A stretch of DNA of 64,000 nucleotides, taken from the NCBI RefSeq assembly GCF_006345805.1, contig NC_042999.1, positions 35,216,001 through 35,280,000 on the forward strand, given 5' to 3'. How positions within the stretch are numbered: position 1 is the stretch's first letter; every line of letters begins with the position of its first letter. The notes beneath the pieces were generated by a model. That model had not been told where the DNA came from. It made no database searches and saw only the letters and a program-made list of their open reading frames with translations. The translations under genes and the position numbers were made by a program. The DNA is from Octopus sinensis (lineage: Eukaryota). Positions 12,331-27,531 of the stretch are shown here, one piece after another.

Positions 12331-14588
12331 TGGAGAACGGATGATTTTGGGACTCGAAACCATATTTCCTGTAAACATGATAGACGTTCTACAATATTTA
12401 CAAGTTACTATTTAAAGCTTTATCTGCTTCGAGGCCCACAGTTCCAAACATCCTCACAACCTCCTGGTACGACGATTTTCATCTGCCTCTGATGTATATT
12501 CTACTTTTAGATACAGTGTGTCCATAACAAGGATTATTTCCGGACGAAAGCTGCAGTTAATTTGCTCTTTGCGATACGTTAACATTAAGTATGGTACACA
12601 GATTACTATTTTAATCTTATACTGCTTCTGTTTCATATAACAGATATGTAAATATGCATATGTGTGTATATGTATGTATGTATGTATGCATGTATGTATG
12701 TATGTATGTATGTATTTATGTATGTATGTATGTATATCTTTTGGTGGGAACGGGAGATCTCGAAGCAAATAAAGCTATAAATAATAAATATTGGATCAAA
12801 AAACCTTTGGATGGAAAAACCGAAAGCTTCTCTTTAGGACTCGAATCTACATCTCCTGTAAACATGACAGACGTTCTGCCAATATTTACAAGTTACCATT
12901 TATAGCTTTATCCGCTCCGAGATCCACACTTCCGAAACATAAGTCTTTCATACTCTCTTGAAGATCATAAATTGTGTGTGTGTGTGTGTGTTGTGTGTGT
13001 GTGTGTGCGTGTGTGTGTGTGCGTGTGTGTGTGTATAGTGGGTATGTGGATGGTGACCAGACATATTCAGCGTATTAACAGATCAGTATTACTTTTCTCC
13101 AACTTAATTAGCTCATATAAGGCTGTACGTTAGGAAACAAATGCATATGTAATATGGGTCCGCAAATCAAGCATAAAAGGGAGGAAACTCAAGTACACCT
13201 AATTTACAATATTCATAATTGCAATTATAGTAGTTATGATACCAGTCGCTGCAAGCTTACTGCATGAGTGTTTACTGACATCACCATATACACTACGGAA
13301 GTCTATTTTCCGTGTATATAGCTAAACGATAATTAAGCTACTTCGAGTTTATGCTGATTTTTGCATAATGATATTTGCTTCTAATGAAACTACGTTTTTT
13401 TCTGTTTATTTTCTCTTATATTCTAGTACCATCTGTCTTTTTTATTAATATTTCAAGTTGTCAATAAATATCGATTTGTACTTTAATGTCGGACACCTTA
13501 CTGACCCTGCAATTTACCTCATTTAGGCTTAAGTTTTAAGTATATTAAAAATAATAATATTGGTAGTTCTGTTTCACACTGACTTTTATTGCACACTTTC
13601 AACAAAAGCATTAACGAAATATTGTACTATATTTGTTTTTAATTATTTTAGATTTTCTTCTTTTTACTCTTTAACGACTATCGATATTCGTTATAATTTT
13701 CTATATTATGTTTTTGTCATAAATTTTACTGCTTTCGTTGGTGTTTTTTGCCTGATATTTTATAATTGTTTGTTTATACATAGCCTTTTGATTGTTTTGT
13801 TATCTTTTGTTCACTTGAATATATGCAAGCTTAATTACGAGATGACTATTCATATCATTCTAAATATGAGCCACATGAGGTCGAAACGAAGCGTATCAAC
13901 CGTCAAAATAATGATCATATATATATAGTGTGTGTGTGTGTCTGTCTGTTTGTGTATGCCTATATATATATGTTCGTCGGTGAGATATGATTGCATATAT
14001 CTACATATAACATTCAACACATGCACCCACTAACTACCAAATGAAAATAGCATTTTTGTACCAATAACATTAGCGGTAGTCATTTCTGACACGGAAAAAT
14101 AGCTTGCCAGATCACGCAACACAACCCAACCCACACAGTTACACAATCTCCATTCCAACTGCCAGCCAAAATCTTACAACAGAAATTTTCCTACTTACCA
14201 ACTCAGAGGATCTTCCATTTCTAGATTATTAATATATACAGCATAAATAAAACATGTGGACGGTAGTTAAAAGCAATACAGGGGATAAACTGCGAACAAT
14301 TTTAAAAGTAGTTATTAATAGCAAATATAAACGTTGCGACAATGAACCAAGAAAACTCAACGGATTTTACCCAAATTCTATGGATACACATGTACCACGG
14401 ACTGAAACCTGGTCCAAAGCCTCAAAACGTTAAAACAGCAGCTACATTCCTTAGCAGAAAATGACATATATTTATATAGTTACTTTTATCGGGATAAATT
14501 GTGAGGAGACAGTTTTCATGAATCAAATCCCAATTAGATTCAACAAGCGTTGCTTGCTCGCTGTCTTTATAATAATCGACTGTATATA

Positions 14589-14806
14589 AGGCGGAAGCTA
14601 GCAGAAACGTTAGCAGGCTGAGCAAAATGCTTAGCGGTATTTCGTATATCTTTACGTTCTGAGTTCAAATTCCGCTGAGGTCGACTTTCCCTTTCATCCT
14701 TTCGGAGCCGATACATTAAGTACCAGTTGTGTACTGGGGTCGATCTAATCGACAGGCCCCCTCTCCCCACAAATGTCGGGCCTTGTGCCTAGAATAGAAA
14801 AGAATA
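14589..14806 (+). mobile_element. SINE family B, alternative tail
   Basis: B-box GAGTTCAAATTCC, central GAGGTCGACTTTCCCTTTCATCCTTTCGG, tail GGCCTTGTGCCTAGAATAGAAAAG. Confidence 0.85.
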
Positions 14807-15129
14807 ATCGAATGTATAATGTACATGGCGTTTGAGCTAAATTTGACGATTCACATAAAAGGAAAACAAAACACAATAACCCAAACAAAAATGAGTGTAT
14901 TTTATTTAAATCAAAAGATATCAATGAGATTATGCCTGGAAGATACCAGTTTACTCAACGTAACCCGACTCAGCTTCCACCGCGAGCTCAAGACGGTTCC
15001 GGAACCTAGCACAAAATGAGTGCTAGTCTAGCATTGAGGTTGATGTCATCGAAAAGCCCGTTCGTCCCAAAATTTCAGATCTTGTACTTTTTATAGAAAG
15101 GATTATCAGCACTATAACTTTCTTTTGTT

Positions 15130-15131
15130 TG

Positions 15132-15164
<33 letters not shown>

Positions 15165-15342
15165 TGTATGTACGTACGTATGTATGTACGTACGTATGTA
15201 TGTCATTATTCAGTTTTATTTCAAGATTTCTTCTCAATAGAGAAAAAGACAATTTCTAACCTAGATCCAAGGCTCCTTCATTGGAATTTTAACTTCAACA
15301 ACAGAGTATTTTTGTTTGTATGTATGTATGTATGCAGACACC

Positions 15343-15433
<91 letters not shown>

Positions 15434-15500
15434 GTGGGTAGGTAGGTAGGTAGGTAGGTAGGTAGGTCGGTAGGTAGGTAGGTAGGTAGGTAGGTATATA
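15130..15500. repeat. (TATG)n, (GATA)n, (GGTA)n microsatellites
   Basis: Direct reading. Confidence 0.95.
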
Positions 15501-17451
15501 TTTATAGATAGATATACTACATGCACATACGTCTATATATATATACCTACATAGATATATTCACACATACACTCACACACACATAATTATATAAAAGAAT
15601 GTGTGTGTGCGCGCGCGTGTGTGTGTGCGCGCGCGTGTGTGTGTGCGCGCGTGTGTGTGTACTTAATACATTGTTGCATATTTAAAAAAATGTTTCTATT
15701 GAATTGTAAGTGCGAATTTCACATTTCATAGCAATGATGTGTTTGAGCTATTTAACACTAGAATAATTTTACTGCAAAGATATTTGTTTGAAAATATAGA
15801 AAAAATCTATTTAAGTTATTCACTAACATTACAACTTAGTATTTCGAATTCTCTCAATATTTTTTCAATCATTTCCGCTGAATGTCACCAGCTATAGAAT
15901 ATATTCGTATTTTAATAATTCCAATAGTTTTTTACAAAACAAACTTGTGATTCATATATGTAAATATAAAAATATAATACACACGCACTTACACATAGAT
16001 TTATAGATACACGGCTACATTTACATACATACACCCACAAAGCACTGTAGACAGAAATAGACAGACAGAAAAACAGAGACTTGACGGTTTTGATGAGGTA
16101 TATTCGTGACATGGTGTCTTGGGTATTGTTAGACCTAGCGAATCCCGTCTCTCTTCAGCGCACTTCCGGAAAGAGACACAGGCAGACAGGGAAAAAGAGA
16201 AAGAAAGAGAAGAAACGAACTCGGTGCAGAGCTGATAAATTATTTATTTACCCTGACAGGATAAAAGGCAAATAATTGCTGATAAATAGTTAACTTTGTT
16301 ACCGTATTTGCAGTCGTATAAGATGAAGACGCATCCCTATTTTACAAGTATATTTTGTGCTAAAACAAATTTAGTGTTTCACGATAGATTTATTGAAAGA
16401 GGTTTTGTAGGAGGTATGTATGAATCTGTGCATGTAAATACAAAAGTATGTCAGTGTACTGGAATAAACTGTGTGTCCATACATGAACTGCGTCATGGAA
16501 ACATCCTGTCTCAGCCTTATATCCTCTCAGATCAGCTATGTAGTTGTTTATATTTTAGTCAAGAGAATTGCCATTCAGGGTATAAAATTAGTACTTCTGG
16601 CAATGATATTGTGTTATTACTACAATCGACTACCAAGATCGGAACCCTAGATGGAATTTTGTTGCCATCCACTCATTACAAATAGCTGACAGGTGGATGA
16701 AAGTTTGCTAACATTGCATTCATCTTTATAGAACATTTTTAGATAATAATCAATTGTGTCTCAGAATAAAAAGATTGTAACAACATTATTAAACAATGTA
16801 AGACATATATCAGGTGTAGGTTATGTATGCTGTGGAGGGAGGTACAGTGAGAGGATGTAACCTTCCCACGTAACGACCGTCATACTGTAACTTTTCGTAA
16901 GTTTGTGCAACCTGTTTGTGATATTTTGGCTCGTTTCCAATATTTTATTAGTAACAGAAATTATTGTGCCAAGTGGACTTACGTTCACCCTGTTCTCTAG
17001 CCGGCGACATTTGGTCTCCCTTCCGTAATACGACCGAATTAGACGCAGAGCAAATTTTTATACGTGTAAAAATATTTTTGAAACAGCGCACCTTATACAC
17101 TGGTAGATGTGGTATTTCATTGAACGTGCAAAGCCATTTCCTACCTTTCCCATCTCCAGTATGTTGATACTAAATGAAGAAAATGGCAGGGATCAACTCT
17201 CATGTTTCCAAAGTGTTTTATGCAAGCTTTGAGGAGTGCGACAAAAATTGGAGTATCGAGAGAATGGAAACCGTGTGTATCGAACAGGTTTCTTCTCAAG
17301 GAGTATGCAGCTTGCTGGTTCATTTTGTCAGTCAGTTAGATAACTTTTGTGGGTACAGTCTATGATGTTTATCTGTTGGATATGTAAGCAACTGTTTGAT
17401 ATTATTCCAGTTGCACTTTATAGATATTCAGCAATCACTGTTGTTGTTGGT

Positions 17452-17523
<72 letters not shown>

Positions 17524-17812
17524 GGCCTCTAATCAGCTGTGACTCTGCAGATGCATTACCAACGGTGTTCCCACCTTTATCCATAATTTTGTGTATAGAG
17601 GACTATATCAATTATTGTTTCTATACCTTTTTTGTAGTACCACATTGTGTAGATTGAGTGAGATTTGTCTGCTATTTCAAGCAGGTAGGACGCCGGCACA
17701 AAGCTTCCTTCCTTCAGAGCAGAAGTATTCTCTGTCAATGAAGATAAATCACGCTCCATATTTTTACTTATGATAAATACGTGTAGTAGCCAATAGGATC
17801 CGTCAACATATA

Positions 17813-17985
17813 CGAGGGGTGCTGAAAAGTTCCTGGCTTAGGGTAAAAGAAAATACAGGAGGATCAATTAATTATGATTTTATTTAACATATTCCCTTCT
17901 CAGATTCACACACTTATTACAGCGGTCCTTCAGTTTTTCTAAGCCCTGTAAAAGAACTCGGAAGGTTTGGCCTTTCGCGACACCC
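17813..17985 (-). mobile_element. Mariner-like terminal fragment
   Basis: TA followed by CGAGGGGTGCTGAAAAGTTCCTGGC, a mariner-type TIR; no partner TIR found. Confidence 0.6.
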
Positions 17986-18739
17986 TAAATTATGTAAATA
18001 CAAACATACTCAAATGGCATTTGAAATATTTCTTATTTCTTTGGTTACATTTTTATGTGAAGTTTCAGAAACTAGTTATTATTGCTAGATTTAACATTTG
18101 CTTTTCAACAGCCTTGAATTAAGGGGTTTTTAAGGCTTCCTTAACTTTGTTTATTCCATCTTTCTTTCGAAATTCTTACTGAAAAGGCAAACTTATATCA
18201 ATATAGATTAAACGCTTACTATTTGGAATAAATATGTCAAATTGTCCAAATGCAATTGGACATTTAAACTTAACAGCAGCAACATATATCTTTTCTAACT
18301 TGCCTACCAGTATGTAAAGAAGAATATATTCCTTAACACTCGAATATTAACAGGAATAACATTTCAGTTTTGTCAGTTCATTTGATTAAATTCCTCTAGA
18401 ACAAAATTAGTTTATTTTGAGGTTTTAGTTGCTGTTGTTGTTTGTAAGTTTGTTTGTTTTTTTGTTGTTGTTAGGGGTTTTTGTGCTCTCAGAAATCAAG
18501 GTCTCATTCTATATCTGAATTTGACAACTTGACATCTAAATATATTTTGTTATAAATATGATATTTTGGCAGCGAATTAAAGATGGAGACAAAAAGAAAA
18601 TAACACGCGACACGGGGAGTAAAGAAAAAGAAACAATGTAAAATCATATGAATCTTTGGGGATCTTCTGTTAAGATGTTAAAGCTAGCTAGGGGAAAATA
18701 TAATTGAAGCAAGAAAAAAAAAGAAAGAAAACTAAATGT

Positions 18740-19156
18740 AGGCGCAGGAGTGGCTGTGTGGTAAGTAGCTTGCTTACCAACCACATGGTTCCGGGTTCAG
18801 TCCCACTGCGTGGCATCTTGGGCAAGTGTCTTCTGCTATAGCCCCGGGCCGACCAATGCCTTGTGAGTGGATTTGGTAGGCGGAAACTGAAAGAAGCCTG
18901 TCGTACATATATATATATATGTGTGTGTGTTTGTGTGTCTGTGTTTGTCCCCCCACCTAGCATTGCTTGACAACCGATGCTGGTGTGTTTACGTCCCCGT
19001 CACTTAGCGGTTCGGCAAAAAATGATAGAATAAGTACTGGGCTTACAAAGAATAAGTCCCGGGGTCGATTTGTTCGACTAAAGGCGGTGCTCCAGCATGG
19101 CCACAGTCAAATGACTGAAACAAGTAAAAGAGTAAAAGAGTAAAAGAGTAAAGAGT
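18740..19156 (+). mobile_element. SINE family A, full length
   Basis: A-box TGGCTGTGTGG, B-box GGTTCAGTCCC, internal TA/TG microsatellite, 3' stem-loop CAGTC-AAAT-GACTG, (AAAAGAGT)n tail. Confidence 0.9.
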
Positions 19157-19814
19157 ATTAGCAAAACAGAATAAACATGTCAATTATATTCCAACTGTAT
19201 CAAGAACATATTTAAATGTAGTTATGAAATCTTTTAAAATTTAGCGAGATTTCTATATATATATTACCGTTTGAAACGATTACATTCTTTCTGAACAAAG
19301 AAGGTTTTAGAATACATAAAACGTATGCTTCGTGTGAAAGAAATTATGCTACAGTTTATGAAAACTTAGAAAAAGCGAGAGGCTCCTTACAATGCAATTT
19401 TGTCAAACTATAAGCTTCTCGAATCAAGAAATCGTTAGAGTGGGATTAAATGGATTTTTAATAACCTCAGCGGATAGGTAGAATAGTTTGGAGCTGTATA
19501 TGATGTTTACATGAGATATTTGATCAGCAAAACAAGGTTTCCTTTATATGGAAACATATATTACTGGACTTAACAAACAACTCAATTCTACAATACGGTG
19601 CATTTCTGTATATGAGTAATTCTAACATCCTAAGTGACAGCATAGCTTATTCTTAGTCCTATTCTGATCAGCAGCATACCTACGATAAGATGTTCAGAAA
19701 TGGATATTTTGTGAAAGGAGAAAACTCATTATATCACATTCAAAATTTTGTTAAGAAATTCACTGATAAAGCGCTAGAGAAATCATTTGATTTCTTTTGC
19801 TGGTTTGACTCATA

Positions 19815-19824
19815 TGTGTGTTTA

Positions 19825-19855
<31 letters not shown>

Positions 19856-20772
19856 ATGTGTGTGTGTGTGTGTATGTTTTTGTGTGGGGGGGTGAGTGTG
19901 TGTGTGAGTGTGTGTGTGTGTGTGAGTGTGTGTGTGTGTGTGAGTGTGTGTGTGTAGGTAAAAATCACACAAACAACACGAGTAAAATTTGAGGCAAAGA
20001 GGAAGCAAACAAAATATACTACGCTGAGAAGGACTAGCGAAAGCATGTAAGTGAAAGTGAAAGTGAAAGCGAAAAAAAAGAAACAAGAAACAAGTTTACA
20101 GTTAAGCTCATTACACCGAAAGAAGAAACAGAAGAGAAAATGATGTTTCGAGTGATAACCTTTCTGAAGAAGAAAAATAAAATAATGGCGAGGCAAGAGA
20201 AAGAGAAAGCATACACTACCAAGTAAAACGTCTGCCCATGCGCGTGTGTGCGTGTGTGTGTGTGTGTGTTGTGTGTGTGTGTGTGTGTGTGTGCGTGTGT
20301 GTGCGTGTGTGTGAGTGTGTGTGTCTGTGTGTGTGAGTGTGTGCGTGTGTGAGTGTGAGTGTGTGAGTGTGTGTGTGTGTGATTGTGTGTGTGAGTGTGT
20401 GTGTGTATGTGTGCGTGTGTGTGGGCGAGTGTGTGGGCGAGTGTGTGGGCGAGTGTGTGTGTGTGATTGTGTGTGTATGTGTGTGTGCGTGTGTATGCAT
20501 GTGTGTGTGTGTGTGAGTGTGTGTGTACGTGTGTGTGTATGTGAGTGTGTGTGTGTGCGTGTGTGTGTGAGTGTGAGAGTGTGTGTGTGTGATTGTGTGT
20601 GTGTGTGATTGTGTGTGTATGTGTGCGTGTGTGTGTGTGAGTGTGTGTGTGATTTTGTGTGTATGTATGTGTGGGTGTGTGGGTGTGAGTGTGTGTGTAT
20701 GTGCGTGTGTGTGTGTGTGTGCGTGTGTGTGTGCGTGTGTGTGTGCGTGTGTGTGTGCGTGTGTGTGTGCAA
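19815..20772. repeat. Long degenerate (TG)n microsatellite blocks (19815-19955, 20220-20772)
   Basis: Direct reading; source of His/Thr and Cys/Val ORFs. Confidence 0.95.
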
Positions 20773-21225
20773 CAGGCAACGCAATACTGCTCAATGTATT
20801 CGCAAGTCAGAGACTTCGGTGAACACGTAGCGAAAATATCAAGCAGTAAGAGAGATTCTGAACTTACGTGATTGCTGAGCGAACTTGTTAACCCCAACGC
20901 CCACGTTACAGCTTGGAGTTCAAAAATAAAACATCGTATTCCCTAATAAATGAATAAATGAATGAAATAATTAATGACTTAATTGAACATTAATTCTAGA
21001 GCTATGTATAAATAGCAGTTTTATAGACTCGTGTCGTTGTCGCTACCATTCCTGTTTATCAAAATTTATTAGAATTGTAGCAACGGTTGTTTCATAAAAT
21101 ACTAATATAATTTTCATCAAGCTACTTTGATAAACTGATGAAGTGGTGACGGTGAATCTCTGCCGTTAGGGGTTGAGAATTCAGTTACTCGATCAACTGA
21201 ATTATCTGTCCGGAATAAAAGTATA

Positions 21226-21638
21226 AAGGTAATAGTCTATCCGAATTAGTAGAATATAATATTTATCCCATGCCAGCGAATTTCTTACACACACACTACT
21301 CTTGGTTTCTCGTACGTAACGGCTTTGACCTTACGGCGTATCGTCAGACCCCAGCTTTCAAACACATTTACCTCAAGTACAACAGTATTCAATCTAAATG
21401 CAGGCAGGGTTAAACACTAATTCTGAAATTAAACTACAAGAAATATAAATCTATGTACATCTGTATCGGTATTAATTGTAAACCTACAATAACTAAATTA
21501 TTTACTAAATAGCGACCAATCTTTAAGTCCATACAAATAATAATCCCACCAATTTTCCATAGTTACTAAGAAAAAGATAGTGAACGTTTTATTTCAATTC
21601 TCTCCAAAATAAATTACGATTGAATATAATTTAACGAA
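21226..21638. repeat. Segment duplicated at 21797-21921 plus 22930-23217
   Basis: First ~126 bp match 21797-21921; remaining ~285 bp match 22930-23217 at high identity. Confidence 0.9.
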
Positions 21639-21865
21639 GTATAACAAACTGAGCATTCCATAGACATATGTAATCTTGGCGTGATTTTAAAGTTGAATCA
21701 GCTTAACTGTGTGACAAGATTTGACCTTTTGAACCATTGATGCAATCCAACCAGTTGGCTTCTGCGTATGGCCTGTTTATCAGCTTTCTCTCGCAAGGTA
21801 ATAGTCTATCCGAATTAATAGAATATAATATTTATCCCATGCCAGCGAATTTCTTCCACACACAC

Positions 21866-22619
21866 TACTCTGGGTTTCTCGTACGTAATGGCTTTGACCT
21901 TACGGCGTATCGTCAGACCCCAAACTAGTTGGTCTAAGACCTCATCAAAATCTTCTAAAATGCAAACATGGTCCGAAAATCTCCGTTCTGGAGTGAAATA
22001 TGCTCCCTGGTACGAGCTAGTCCTTTAGGATTCTCGCGCGTTCAGCAATGCATAACTTGCAACATTTCGTCCCGTTGATTTAGGGGCTTCAATTTTCGAG
22101 GATTTTCCATGGGATCGAATAAGGTATCCCGTTGTCTCTTAGTTGCCAGACGTGACTGGTCAGCGATATTACGTATCTCCTTTCCGGGACTCTGAAGGAG
22201 GGCAAATGGTTGGAAAGACGTTGTTTGAGAGAATTCCCAGTACATCCCACGTATTTCCGTGGGCGCGTGATGTCGGTGTTACACCTTTCCGACCATGTTT
22301 GCATTTTAAAAGATTCCTGCTAGCATTTAGGAATCCGCAAGGTGATGGCACAGCCGGAAGTCGACAGCCAAGGCTAAAGAGAGACAATCGTTTACCTTCG
22401 TGATTTTGGTGACCACAGCATGGCGGCGCGGTCGGAACTCGATAGCCAATGGCAAAAGGAGATAATCACCTGTCGTTTACCTTTAGCTAGACATTTCCCC
22501 CTCCATATTTTTATGAGATCTTAGGCCAACAGGTTTGGGGTCTGACGATACACCGCAAGGCCAACTTCTTATGGATGAGAAACACAGGGTAACCCCATAA
22601 ACTGGCCTCCCCCATTATA

Positions 22620-22620
<1 letters not shown>
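21866..22620. mobile_element. Penelope-like element remnant with inverted 3' copy (family F2)
   Basis: Minus GIY-YIG fragment RKYVGCTGNSLKQRLSNH..WKILE..CCKLCIAE..EIFGPCLHF; 22285-22620 is an inverted copy of its 3' end. Confidence 0.85.
22536..22597 (+). ncRNA. Type I hammerhead-like motif (F2)
   Basis: TGGGGT-CTGACGA-30 nt-GAAAC-ACAGG-GTA/ACCCCA; stem I 6 bp; stem II atypical. Confidence 0.55.
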
Positions 22621-22654
<34 letters not shown>

Positions 22655-22672
22655 TGTATGTATGTATGTATG

Positions 22673-22739
<67 letters not shown>

Positions 22740-23679
22740 AAAGGATGTGTTATAGCATTGTTCCACATTTACAAAAACAGCCATACCAACACTCAAACAT
22801 ACCTCCATCATCAGCTGCCCCACAGATGTCATTATGTTTTCGACACCTGAGCAGTACCATTCAATCCGGCGGTGTCAACAGCACTAAAGGAAGTATTGTT
22901 TGAGAACAAATATACTAAAAAACCACACCTTTCAAACACATTTACCCCAAGTACAACAGTATTCAATCTAAATGCAGGCAGGATTAAACACTAATTCTGA
23001 AATTAAACTACAAGAAATATAAATCTATGTACATCTGTATCGGTATTAATTGTAAACCTACAATAACTAAATTATTTACTAAATGGCGACCAATCTTTAA
23101 GTCCATACAAATAATAATCCCACCAATTTTCCATAGTTACTACTATAATAAAAGAAAGTGAACGATTTATTACAATTCTCTCCAAAATAAATCACGATTG
23201 AATATAATTTAACGAAAAATATAATAATTATGAGTGAAATACATTATTTCATAAAATTAAAAAGTTAATAATAAAATCACTACATACTCTTAATATATAT
23301 TAGCCTTACAAGCTATAATGTAAACTTACCAGTAACTAATAGGAATATTAAATTTATTATATAACTAATAAAAGTACACTTGTAATTAACTATTAACATA
23401 AAACTTTGCTACGATACATAATAAAAAATAACAGGGTATTAGAAACTGTTTAGTATTATTTATTCATCAGCGTCATTTAATTTCTGTCTGAAGAATTTCT
23501 AACAGAAAATTCCTTATATATCTGTCTAACATTTAAAACTTTGTAATTCCTATTTGCAAATGAAACGTGTAACAGTGAATAAGTGATATCAAACAAATTC
23601 CAATTTCCTGTTTTGTTATGCGATAACTCAGCAAATAATATTTTCATAATGCTCAATTTTAATAAGTATTCTGCATTAA

Positions 23680-25190
<1,511 letters not shown>

Positions 25191-25270
25191 AGGTTATATA
25201 TACACACACATACGCATAGATACACGCGCATGCACACCACATACACACACACAGATATAGAAATATGTAT

Positions 25271-26005
25271 AGGCGCAGGGGGCGTGTTTTAAGCAGTTTA
25301 CTTCCCAACCACTTAGTTCCGGGTTCAGTCCCACTGCGTGGAAACTTGGGCAGATACCTTCTACTATAGCTTCGGACCGACCAAAACTTTGTGAGTGGAT
25401 TTGGTAGAAAGAAACTGAAATAAGCTTGTTGGATATATATGTGTATATCAATGTGTGTGTGTCTTTGTGTCTGTATTTGCTTCTCCATCACCGCTTGACA
25501 AACAGTATTGGTATATTTACATCCCCTTAACTTAGCGGTTCGGCAAAACAGATCTAATGCTTGTAAAATAGAACTACGGAGGGCTAAGTATCTTTGACAG
25601 TTGAAACTACATTGTTGGATCCAATAAATAAACATTCATACTGGATTACAGTAACATAGTTCAATTCATGATCAAAATGCACTTTTCAAGAAATATGATG
25701 TATGATTGATTATTGACTATAAGAATCCAAGTTCATATAAGGGAACTGAGTCATTGTATCGTTTCTGTTTGACGTGGATATTAACGATTTCAGTAAATTG
25801 AAAATGTTTCGTCTGAAAATCGATACTATCTCGTTATCCGATAAGTTCAGTAAACAAAGGTATTGGTATAATGTTTACGGAATTTTTGAAGAAAGTTCTT
25901 TATGCATAAAAATATAAATACTAAAAATATAAATACTAAAAATATAAATACTAAAATTCTTCAAAGTGATGCCCCAGCATGGCCGCAGTCTAATGACTGA
26001 AACAA
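25271..26005 (+). mobile_element. SINE family A interrupted by a 355-bp foreign segment
   Basis: Head and body 25271-25548; tail resumes near 25960 (GCCCCAGCATGGCCGCAGTC). Confidence 0.8.
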
Positions 26006-26467
26006 ATAATATATGTGTGCGTGTAGGTGTATGTATGTGTGTCTGAGTGTGTGTGTGTGTGTGTGTGCGCGCGCGCGCGATAGAGAAAAGAGCCTAGTGA
26101 CGTAGACATGGATGAACATAGATAAAAGCTGTTTGACGCGGTGTGGTAACCGGTGTTTACTATTGTATCGGTTTACTATTCTGTTTGCATGTCATGCATT
26201 GCTGTGTCGTATAATTTTACCCTGGAAATAATCTCCCTATGGATAACAAGGGATTGTCTATGATTGTCTACTATGTAATAGCACAAGGGCAATCTAGAGC
26301 TAAGATGATCTTTCCGGGATACAGTGACCAATATTTTGAAGGTCATTAACAATGAGTATCTTTGGTGACAACAATAACTTCGGTAAGTATATTGTTAACG
26401 GATACTTCAGCATGTCACGGGCAGAGTTGACAATCACAAACTCTAAGCTTATATCGAGGGCCCAGTC

Positions 26468-27013
26468 AAGGGCATCTGACCCGCTAGAAGGAGTAGTTAA
26501 ACTCCAAACCACTATTAGGGGTAATTAATTTCGAAAGGAAATGAAAAATAATAACATTTACTCCTATTTCCTGTACCATGGTTTCAAGCTATCTTCAGCA
26601 AATAAAATAATTTACTTGGCCAAGCACTCGTCAGCAGGAAAGCCAAGATTAACATATAAAGACAAGGCGATACAGAATATGCCTCGTGTTTACATGTTAT
26701 AACTTTTCAAAATCCACCGCGCAAGCGCGGTTTTTTATCGGCTGCAAATACAAAAATTGCCGATTTTCTCCCAAAATTAGCCAATAATCATTATATCATT
26801 ATTAATAATTATGTTAATCTTGATATGTTTATATGTTAATTTTAGCTTTCCTGCTGATGAGAACTTCGCCAAGTAAAATGTTTTATTTGCTGAAGATAGC
26901 TTGAAACCATGGTACAGGGAATAGGGGTAAATATTTTTATTTTTCATTCCCTTTCGAAATTATCCCTAGTAGTGGTTTGGAGTTTACTACTCCTTCTAGC
27001 GGGTCAGATGTCC
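26468..27013. mobile_element. ~210-bp inverted repeat pair carrying a minimal hammerhead (family F11)
   Basis: Arms ~26468-26685 and ~26820-27013 are reverse complements; right arm TTTG-CTGAAGA-TAGCTT-GAAAC-CATG-GTA/CAGG. Confidence 0.65.
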
Positions 27014-27171
27014 TGTTATGGATATCTCTTATATGTTTAAAAGTACACTGTATTTTTATATGAATAATATATAGTCTATTGACTAGTTTTTTTTCTTCTC
27101 ACTAGACCACTGGTAGCAAAGAAATTTTCTAAATTTTTGTTGTTACCCTGGAATTTATATATATATATATA

Positions 27172-27483
27172 TATCACCGTGATCACCGTGACCGACCAGG
27201 TTATCAGATGTTGCTACACATCGCTGGTCACAATGCGCTTCGCATTGTTTTAGCCTTTAAATGACGCCACCCCGCTGGCTAAACGAGCAGGCCAACAGAA
27301 GAAAGAGTGAGAGAAAGTTGTGGCGAAAGAGTACAGCAGGGATCGCCACCACCCCCTGCCGGAGCATCGTGGAGCTTTAGGTGTTTTCGCTCAATAAACA
27401 CTCACAACGCCCGGTCTGGGAATCGAAACCGCGATCCTACGACCGCGAGTCCGCAGCCCTAACCACTGGGCCATTGTGCCACC

Positions 27484-27531
<48 letters not shown>

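Noticed and set aside
12335-12950. Three diverged ~110-bp copies (+,-,+) with CGGATGA..GACTCGAAAC
   Set aside because: Possibly a decayed pLTR, but core, stem III and stem I are too degraded to call a hammerhead
16150-16290. ETS (ACTTCCGG) plus several GATA motifs
   Set aside because: Short motifs expected by chance; no promoter evidence
19990-20225. Purine-rich coding-like stretch between TG blocks
   Set aside because: Interrupted by stops and no recognisable motif
26710-26738. ACCGCGC-AA-GCGCGGT-TTTTT hairpin resembling an intrinsic terminator
   Set aside because: Bacterial terminators are not meaningful here; single short hairpin in a repeat spacer
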